A stretch of DNA of 64,000 bases from Auanema rhodensis (lineage: Eukaryota > Animalia > Nematoda). Location: NCBI GenBank assembly GCA_964057225.1, contig OZ059894.1:21824001-21888000 (forward strand), given 5' to 3'. Below the pieces are notes generated by a model. That model worked only from the letters and a program-made list of their open reading frames with translations, did not search any database and was not told the origin of the DNA. Position 1 is the stretch's first letter. Each line of letters begins with the position of its first letter. This document shows, in pieces, positions 1 through 9,828 of this stretch. A program made the translations under genes and the position numbers.

Positions 1-11
1 AGATATCAACT

Positions 12-33
12 GATATAAGTTCACACTTATATC
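12..33. repeat. Intra-monomer inverted repeat 1 (9-bp arms, 4-nt spacer), present in every monomer
   Basis: GATATAAGT-TCAC-ACTTATATC; the arms are exact reverse complements. The common m16 T>C variant breaks one pair. Confidence 0.95.
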
Positions 34-135
34 CTCGATTTTCACCCTGAAGAATTAATTTTTTCGTTGAATAACATTGTCCATCGTCTTTGCCTTAAAA
101 AAAGGAATCTAAAAACATCTACTTTTTGCTAAATT

Positions 136-170
136 ATTTTGAAATTTTTCGAAAAAATTTTTGTCAAAAT
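136..170. repeat. Intra-monomer AT-rich dyad 2
   Basis: Perfect core palindrome TTTTTCGAAAAA (145-156) with outer arms ATTTTGA (136-142) and TCAAAAT (164-170). It is low complexity, and is largely deleted in the five 326-bp monomers. Confidence 0.8.
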
Positions 171-183
171 GTTTTTGGAAGCA

Positions 184-211
184 ATGTTGAGTGTACATGG
201 AAACTCAACAT
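184..211. repeat. Intra-monomer 28-bp near-perfect palindrome 3
   Basis: ATGTTGAGTGTA-CATG-GAAACTCAACAT: centred on CATG, 12 of 14 symmetric pairs complementary, perfect 9-bp outer arms. Confidence 0.95.
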
Positions 212-291
212 ACACTAATGCATCATTTTTCAAACGATCATAACGAATTTGTGTATTAAGCGTCTCTCAATGTAGTATAGTGCATTCGATG

Positions 292-351
292 CGGATTTTT
301 AAGCTGCGTCGATCTGTGTTATCAGATTTGCGCTAGCTTAAAAATGCACCG
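292..351. repeat. Intra-monomer long imperfect inverted repeat 4 (~60 bp)
   Basis: ATTTTTAAGCT (295-305) / AGCTTAAAAAT (335-345) perfect 11-bp arms; inner GCG/CGC and ATCTG (312-316)/CAGAT (323-327); outer CGG/CCG. Confidence 0.93.
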
Positions 352-3300
352 AGATATCAACTGATATAAGTTTACACTTATATCCTCGATTTTCACCCTG
401 AAGAATTAATTTTTTCGTTGAATAACATTGTCCATCGTCTTTGCCTTGAAAAAAGAAATCTAAAAACATCTACTTTTTGCTAAATTATTTTGAAATTTTT
501 CGAAAAAATTTTTGTCAAAATGTTTTTGGAAGCAATGTTGAGTGTACATGGAAACTCAACATACACTAATGCATCATTTTTCAAACGATCATAACTAATT
601 TTTGTATTAAGCGTTTCTCAATGTAGTATAGTGCATTCGATGCGGATTTTTAAGCTGCGTCGATCTGTGTTATCAGATTTGCGCTAGCTTAAAAATGCAC
701 CGAGATATCAACTGATATAAGTTTACACTTATATCCTCGATTTTCACCCTGAAGAATTAAATTTTTCGTTGAATAACATTGTCCATCGTCTTTGCCTTGA
801 AAAAAGAAATCTAAAAACATCTACTTTTTGCTAAATTATTTTGAAATTTTTCGAAAAAATTTTTGTCAAAATGTTTTTGGAAGCAATGTTGAGTGTACAT
901 GGAAACTCAACATACACTAATGCATCATTTTTCAAACGATCATAACGAATTTGTGTATTAAGCGTCTCTCAATGTAGTATAGTGCATTCGATGCGGATTT
1001 TTAAGCTGCGTCGATCTGTGTTATCAGATTTGCGCTAGCTTAAAAATGCACCGAGATATCAACTGATATAAGTTTACACTTATATCCTCGATTTTCACCC
1101 TGAAGAATTAATTTTTTCGTTGAATAACATTGTCCATCGTCTTTGCCTTGAAAAAAGAAATCTAAAAACATCTACTTTTTGCTAAATTATTTTGAAATTT
1201 TTCGAAAAAATTTTTGTCAAAATGTTTTTGGAAGCAATGTTGAGTGTACATGGAAACTCAACATACACTAATGCATCATTTTTCAAACGATCATAACTAA
1301 TTTTTGTATTAAGCGTTTCTCAATGTAGTATAGTGCATTCGATGCGGATTTTTAAGCTGCGTCGATCTGTGTTATCAGATTTGCGCTAGCTTAAAAATGC
1401 ACCGAGATATCAACTGATATAAGTTTACACTTATATCCTCGATTTTCACCCTGAAGAATTAAATTTTTCGTTGAATAACATTGTCCATCGTCTTTGCCTT
1501 GAAAAAAGAAATCTAAAAACATCTACTTTTTGCTAAATTATTTTGAAATTTTTCGAAAAAATTTTTGTCAAAATGTTTTTGGAAGCAATGTTGAGTGTAC
1601 ATGGAAACTCAACATACACTAATGCATCATTTTTCAAACGATCATAACTAATTTTTGTATTAAGCGTTTCTCAATGTAGTATAGTGCATTCGATGCGGAT
1701 TTTTAAGCTGCGTCGATCTGTGTTATCAGATTTGCGCTAGCTTAAAAATGCACCGAGATATCAACTGATATAAGTTCACACTTATATCCTCGATTTTCAC
1801 CCTGAAGAATTAATTTTTTCGTTGAATAACATTGTCCATCGTCTTTGCCTTAAAAAAAGGAATCTAAAAACATCTACTTTTTGCTAAATTATTTTGAAAT
1901 TTTTCGAAAAAATTTTTGTCAAAATGTTTTTGGAAGCAATGTTGAGTGTACATGGAAACTCAACATACACTAATGCATCATTTTTCAAACGATCATAACT
2001 AATTTGTGTATTAAGCGTTTCTCAATGTAGTATAGTGCATTCGATGCGGATTTTTAAGCTGCGTCGATCTGTGTTATCAGATTTGCGCTAGCTTAAAAAT
2101 GCACCGAGATATCAACTGATATAAGTTCACACTTATATCCTCGATTTTCACCCTGAAGAATTAATTTTTTCGTTGAATAACATTGTCTATCGTCTTTGCC
2201 TTGAAAAATGGAATCTAAAAACATCTACTTTTTGCTAAATTATTTTGAAATTTTTCGAAAAAATTTTTGTCAAAATGTTTTTGGAAGCAATGTTGAGTGT
2301 ACATGGAAACTCAACATACACTAATGCATCATTTTTCAAACGATCATAACTAATTTTTGTATCAAGCGTTTCTTGATGTAGTATAGTGCATTCGATGCGG
2401 ATTTTTAAGCTGCGTCGATCTGTGTTATCAGATTTGCGCTAGCTTGAAAATGCACCGAGATATCAACTGATATAAGTTCACACTTATATCCTCGATTTTC
2501 ACCCTGAAGAATTAATTTTTTCGTTGAATAACATTGTCTATCGTCTTTGCCTTGAAAAATGGAATCAAAAAACATCTACTTTTTGCTAAATTATTTTGAA
2601 ATTTTTCGAAAAAATTTTTGTCAAAATGTTTTTGGAAGCAATGTTGAGTGTACATGGAAACTCAACATACACTAATGCATCATTTTTCAAACGATCATAA
2701 CTAATTTTTGTATAAAACGTTTCTTGATGTAGTATAGTGCATTCGATGCGGATTTTTAAGCTGCGTCGATCTGTGTTATCAGATTTGCGCTAGCTTAAAA
2801 ATGCACCGAGATATCAACTGATATAAGTTCACACTTATATCCTCGATTTTCACCCTGAAGAATTAATTTTTTCGTTGAATAAAATTGTCCATCGTCTTTG
2901 CCTTAAAAAAAGGAATCTAAAAACATCTACTTTTTGCTAAATTATTTTGAAATTTTTCGAAAAAATTTTTGTCAAAATGTTTTTTGAAGCAATGTTGAGT
3001 GTACATGGAAACTCAACATACACTAATGCATCATTTTTCAAACGAACATAACTAATTTTTGTATCAAGCGTTTCTCAATGTAGTATAGTGCATTCGATGC
3101 GAATTTTTAAGCTGCGTCGATCTGTGTTATCAAATTTGCGCTAGCTTAAAAATGCACCGAGATATCAACTGATATAAGTTCACACTTATATCCTCGATTT
3201 TCACCCTGAAGAATTAATTTTTTCGTTGAATAAAATTGTCCATCGTCTTTGCCTTAAAAAAAGGAATCTAAAAACATCTACTTTTTGCTAAATTATTTTG

Positions 3301-5616
3301 AAATTTTTCGAAAAAATTTTTGTCAAAATGTTTTTTGAAGCAATGTTGAGTGTACATGGAAACTCAACATACACTAATGCATCATTTTTCAAACGAACAT
3401 AACTAATTTTTGTATCAAGCGTTTCTCAATGTAGTATAGTGCATTCGATGCGAATTTTTAAGCTGCGTCGATCTGTGTTATCAAATTTGCGCTAGCTTAA
3501 AAATGCACCGAGATATCAACTGATATAAGTTCACACTTATATCCTCGATTTTCACCCTGAAGAATTAATTTTTTCGTTGAATAACATTGTCCATCGTCTT
3601 TGCCTTAAAAACAGGAATCTAAAAACATCTACTTTTTGCTAAATTATTTTGAAATTTTTCGAAAAAATTTTTGTCAAAATGTTTTTGGAAGCAATGTTGA
3701 GTGTACATGGAAACTCAACATACACTAATGCATCATTTTTCAAACGATCATAACTAATTTTTGTATTAAGCGTTTCTCAATGTAGTATAGTGCATTCGAT
3801 GCGGATTTTTAAGCTGCGTCGATCTGTGTTATCAGATTTGCGCTAGCTTAAAAATGCACCGAGATATCAACTGATATAAGTTCACACTTATATCCTCGAT
3901 TTTCACCCTGAAGAATTAATTTTTTCGTTGAATAACATTGTCCATCGTCTTTGCCTTAAAAAAAGGAATCTAAAAACATCTACTTTTTGCTAAATTATTT
4001 TGAAATTTTTCGAAAAAATTTTTGTCAAAATGTTTTTGGAAGCAATGTTGAGTGTACATGGAAACTCAACATACACTAATGCATCATTTTTCAAACGATC
4101 ATAACTAATTTTTGTATTAAGCGTTTCTCAATGTAGTATAGTGCATTCGATGCGGATTTTTAAGCTGCGTCGATCTGTGTTATCAGATTTGCGCTAGCTT
4201 AAAAATGCACCGAGATATCAACTGATATAAGTTTACACTTATATCCTCGATTTTCACCCTGAAGAATTAATTTTTTCGTTGAATAACATTGTCCATCGTC
4301 TTTGCAATGAAAAATGGAATCTAAAAACATCTACTTTTTGCTAAATTATTCTGAAATTTTTCGAAAAAATTTTTGTCAAAATGTTTTTGGAAGCAATGTT
4401 GAGTGTACATGGAAACTCAACACACACTAATGCATCATTTTTCAAACGATCATAACTAATTTTTGTATTAAGCGTTTCTCAATGTAGTATAGTGCATTCG
4501 ATGCGGATTTTTAAGCTGCGTCGATCTGTGTTATCAGATTTGCGCTAGCTTAAAAATGCACCGAGATATCAACTGATATAAGTTCACACTTATATCCTCG
4601 ATTTTCACCCTGAAGAATTAATTTTTTCGTTGAATAACATTGTCTATCGTCTTTGCCTTGAAAAATGAAATCTAAAAACATCTACTTTTTGCTAAATTAT
4701 TTTGAAATTTTTCGAAAAAATTTTTGTCAAAATGTTTTTGGAAGCAATGTTGAGTGTACATGGAAACTCAACATACACTAATGCATCATTTTTCAAACGA
4801 TCATAACTAATTTTTGTATCAAGCGTTTCTTGATGTAGTATAGTGCATTCGATGCGGATTTTTAAGCTGCGTCGATCTGTGTTATCAGATTTGCGCTAGC
4901 TTAAAAATGCACCGAGATATCAACTGATATAAGTTCACACTTATATCCTCGATTTTCACCCTGAAGAATTAATTTTTTCGTTGAATAACCTTGTCTATCG
5001 TCTTTGCCTTGAAAAATGGAATCTAAAAACATCTACTTTTTGCTAAATTATTTTGAAATTTTTCGAAAAAATTTTTGTCAAAATGTTTTTGGAAGCAATG
5101 TTGAGTGTACATGGAAACTCAACACACACTAATGCATCATTTTTCAAACGATCATAACTAATTTTTGTATTAAGCGTTTCTCAATGTTGTATAGTGCATT
5201 CGATGCGGAGTTTTAAGCTGCGTCGATCTGTGTTATCAGATTTGCGCTAGCTTAAAAATGCACCGAGATATCAACTGATATAAGTTCACACTTATATCCT
5301 CGATTTTCACCCTGAAGAATTAATTTTTTCGTTGAATAACATTGTCTATCGTCTTTGCCTTGAAAAATGGAATCTAAAAACATCTACTTTTTGCTAAATT
5401 ATTTGGAAATTTTTCGAAAAAATTTTTGTCAAAATGTTTTTGGAAGCAATGTTGAGTGTACATGGAAACTCAACATACACTAATGCATCATTTTTCAAAC
5501 GATCATAACTAATTTTTGTATCAAACGTTTCTCAATGTAGTATTGTGCATTCGATGCGGATTTTTAAGCTGCGTCGATCTGTGTTATCAGATTTGCGCTA
5601 GCTTAAAAATGCACCG

Positions 5617-8600
5617 AGATATCAACTGATACAAGTTCACACTTATATCCTCGATTTTCACCCTGAAGAATTAATTTTTTCGTTGAATAACATTGTCCAT
5701 CGTCTTTGCCTTGAAAAAAGGAATCTAAAAACATCTACTTGTTGCTGAATTATTTTGAAATTTTTCGAAAAAATTTTTGTCAAAATGTTTTTGGAAGCAA
5801 TGTTGAGTGTACATGGAAACTCAACATACACTAATGCATCATTTTTCAAACGATCATATCTAATTTTTGTATTAAGCGTTTCTCAATGTAGTATAGTGCA
5901 TTCGATGCGGATTTTTAAGCTGCGTCGATCTGTGTTATCAGATTTGCGCTAGCTTAAAAATGCACCGAGATATCAACTGATATAAGTTCACACTTATATC
6001 CTCGATTTTCACCCTGAAGAATTATTTTTTTCGTTGAATAACATTGTCCATCGTCCTTGCCTTGAAAAATGGAATCTAAAAACATCTACTTTTTGCTAAA
6101 TTATTTTGAAATTTTTCGAAAAAATTTTTGTCAAAATGTTTTTGGAAGCAATGTTGAGTGTACATGGAAACTCAACATACACTAATGCATCATTTTTCAA
6201 ACGATCATAACTAATTTTTGTATTAAGTTTTTCTCAATGTAGTATAGTGCATTCGATGCGGATTTTTAAGCTGCGTCGATCTGTGTTATCAGATTTGCGC
6301 TAGCTTAAAAATGCACCGAGATATCAACTGATATAAGTTCACACTTATATCCTCGATTTTCACCCTGAAGAATTAATTTTTTCGTTGAATAACATTGTTC
6401 ATCGTCTTTGCCTTGAAAAAAGGAATCTAAAAACATCTACTTTTTGCTAAATTATTCTGATATTTTTTGAAAAAATTTTCGTCAAAATGTTTTTGGAAGC
6501 AATGTTGAGTGTACATGGAAACTCAACATACACTAATGCATCATTTTTCAAACGATCATAACTAATTTTTGTATTAAGCGTTTCTCAATGTAGTATAGTG
6601 CATTCGATGCGGATTTTTAAGCTGCGTCGATCTGTGTTATCAGATTTGCGCTAGCTTAAAAATGCACCGAGATATCAACTGATACAAGTTCACACTTATA
6701 TCCTCGATTTTCACCCTGAAGAATTAATTTTTTCGTTGAATAACGTTGTCTATCGTCTTTGCCTTGAAAAATGGAATCTAAAAACATCTACTTTTTGCTA
6801 AATTATTTTGAAATTTTTCGAAAAAATTTTTGTCAAAATGTTTTTAGAAGCAATGTTGAGTGTACATGGAAACTCAACATACACTAATGCATCATTTTTC
6901 AAACGATCATAACTAATTTGTGTATTAAGCGTTTCTCAATGTAGTATAGTGCATTCGATGCGGATTTTTAAGCTGCGTCGATCTGTGTTATCAGATTTGC
7001 GCTAGCTTAAAAATGCACCGAGATATCAACTGATACAAGTTCACACTTATATCCTCGATTTTCACCCTGAAGAATTAATTTTTTCGTTGAATAACATTGT
7101 CTATCGTCTTTGCCTTGAGAAATGGAATCTAAAAACATCTACTTTTTGCTAAATTATTTTGAAATTTTTCGAAAAAATTTTTGTCAAAATGTTTTTGGAA
7201 GCAATGTTGAGTGTACATGGAAACTCAACATACACTAATGCATCATTTTTCAAACGATCATAACTAATTTTTGTATTAAGCGTTTCTCAATGTAGTATAG
7301 TGCATTCGATGCGGATTTTTAAGCTGCGTCGATCTGTGTTATCAGATTTGCGCTAGCTTAAAAATGCACCGAGATATCAACTGATATAAGTTCACACTTA
7401 TATCCTCGATTTTCACCCTGAAGAATTATTTTTTTCGTTGAATAACATTGTCCATCGTCCTTGCCTTGAAAAATGGAATCTAAAAACATCTACTTTTTGC
7501 TAAATTATTTTGAAATTTTTCGAAAAAATTTTTGTCAAAATGTTTTTGGAAGCAATGTTGAGTGTACATGGAAACTCAACATACACTAATGCATCATTTT
7601 TCAAACGATCATAACTAATTTTTGTATCAAACGTTTCTCAATGTAGTATTGTGCATTCGATGCGGATTTTTAAGCTGCGTCGATCTGTGTTATCAGATTT
7701 GCGCTAGCTTAAAAATGCACCGAGATATCAACTGATACAAGTTCACACTTATATCCTCGATTTTCACCCTGAAGAATTAATTTTTTTGTTGAATAACATT
7801 GTCCATCGTCTTTGCCTTGAAAAAAGGAATCTAAAAACATCTACTTTTTGCTGAATTATTTTGAAATTTTTCGAAAAAATTTTTGTCAAAATGTTTTTGG
7901 AAGCAATGTTGAGTGTACATGGAAACTCAACATACACTAATGCATCATTTTTCAAACGATCATATCTAATTTTTGTATTAAGCGTTTCTCAATGTAGTAT
8001 AGTGCATTCGATGCGGATTTTTAAGCTGCGTCGATCTGTGTTATCAGATTTGCGCTAGCTTAAAAATGCACCGAGATATCAACTGATATAAGTTCACACT
8101 TATATCCTCGATTTTCACCCTGAAGAATTATTTTTTTCGTTGAATAACATTGTCCATCGTCCTTGCCTTGAAAAATGGAATCTAAAAACATCTACTTTTT
8201 GCTAAATTATTTTGAAATTTTTCGAAAAAATTTTTGTCAAAATGTTTTTGGAAGCAATGTTGAGTGTACATGGAAACTCAACATACACTAATGCATCATT
8301 TTTCAAACGATCATAACTAATTTTTGTATTAAGCTTTTCTCAATGTAGTATAGTGCATTCGATGCGGATTTTTAAGCTGCGTCGATCTGTGTTATCAGAT
8401 TTGCGCTAGCTTAAAAATGCACCGAGATATCAACTGATATAAGTTCACACTTATATCCTCGATTTTCACCCTGAAGAATTAATTTTTTCGTTGAATAACA
8501 TTGTTCATCGTCTTTGCCTTGAAAAAAGGAATCTAAAAACATATACTTTTTGCTAAATTATTCTGATATTTTTTGAAAAAATTTTCGTCAAAATGTTTTT

Positions 8601-9828
8601 GGAAGCAATGTTGAGTGTACATGGAAACTCAACATACACTAATGCATCATTTTTCAAACGATCATAACTAATTTTTGTATTAAGCGTTTCTCAATGTAGT
8701 ATAGTGCATTCGATGCGGATTTTTAAGCTGCGTCGATCTGTGTTATCAGATTTGCGCTAGCTTAAAAATGCACCGAGATATCAACTGATACAAGTTCACA
8801 CTTATATCCTCGATTTTCACCCTGAAGAATTAATTTTTTCGTTGAATAACGTTGTCTATCGTCTTTGCCTTGAAAAATGGAATCTAAAAACATCTACTTT
8901 TTGCTAAATTATTTTGAAATTTTTCGAAAAAATTTTTGTCAAAATGTTTTTAGAAGCAATGTTGAGTGTACATGGAAACTCAACATACACTAATGCATCA
9001 TTTTTCAAACGATCATAACTAATTTTTGTATTAAGCGTTTCTCGATGTAGTATAGTGCATTCGATGCGGATTTTTAAGCTGCGTCGATCTGTGTTATCAG
9101 ATTTGCGCTAGCTTAAAAATGCACCGAGATATCAACTGATACAAGTTCACACTTATATCCTCGATTTTCACCCTGAAGAATTAATTTTTTCGTTGAATAA
9201 CATTGTCTATCGTCTTTGCCTTGAAAAATGGAATCTAAAAACATCTACTTTTTGCTAAATTATTTTGAAATTTTTCGAAAAAATTTTTGTCAAAATGTTT
9301 TTGGAAGCAATGTTGAGTGTACATGGAAACTCAACATACACTAATGCATCATTTTTCAAACGATCATAACTAATTTTTGTATTAAGCGTTTCTCAATGTA
9401 GTATAGTGCATTCGATGCGGATTTTTAAGCTGCGTCGATCTGTGTTATCAGATTTGCGCTAGCTTAAAAATGCACCGAGATATCAACTGATATAAGTTCA
9501 CACTTATATCCTCGATTTTCACCCTGAAGAATTATTTTTTTCGTTGAATAACATTGTCCATCGTCCTTGCCTTGAAAAATGGAATCTAAAAACATCTACT
9601 TTTTGCTAAATTATTTTGAAATTTTTCGAAAAAATTTTTGTCAAAATGTTTTTGGAAGCAATGTTGAGTGTACATGGAAACTCAACATACACTAATGCAT
9701 CATTTTTCAAACGATCATAACTAATTTTTGTATCAAGCGTTTCTCAATGTAGTATAGTGCATTCGATGCGGATTTTTAAGCTGCGTCGATCTGTGTTATC
9801 AGATTTGCGCTAGCTTAAAAATGCACCG
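5617..9828. repeat. Higher-order duplication, 6 monomers (2106 bp) x2
   Basis: Rare variants recur at +2106: GCTGAATT and CATATCT (monomers 5617/7723), GTTCATC and CTGATATTTTTTGAA (6319/8425), TTTAGAAG (6670/8776). Confidence 0.9.

Noticed and set aside
62-78. CENP-B-box-like TTTCGTTGAATAAC(A/G)TT
   Set aside because: Only the TTCG....A half matches; the essential CGGG of NTTCGNNNNANNCGGGN is missing.
306-340. Helitron-like 3' end (hairpin plus CTAG at m333-336)
   Set aside because: The CTAG lies within the stem rather than downstream of it, it is followed by C and not T on both strands, and no other element hallmark is present.
1-351. Tandem RNA gene unit (5S rRNA, tRNA, snRNA, spliced leader) or histone stem-loop
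   Set aside because: I recognise no 5S or tRNA sequence, Pol III A/B/C boxes, cloverleaf or histone stem-loop consensus. An Rfam search would be the definitive test.
1-351. Assignment to a named ~350-360 bp satellite family (e.g. Drosophila 1.688 or tenebrionid beetle satellites)
   Set aside because: Only length and AT-richness are similar. I cannot recognise sequence identity without a database search.
5658-5952. Overlapping 63-aa (-) and 65-aa (+) ORFs
   Set aside because: They lie wholly inside one satellite monomer and exist only through single stop-loss substitutions. The + ORF starts at TTG, the F/K/I-rich composition reflects A/T tracts, and no domain is recognisable.
7764-8058. Second pair of the same ORFs
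   Set aside because: They are exactly 2106 bp downstream, a passive copy in the hexamer duplication and not evidence of coding conservation.
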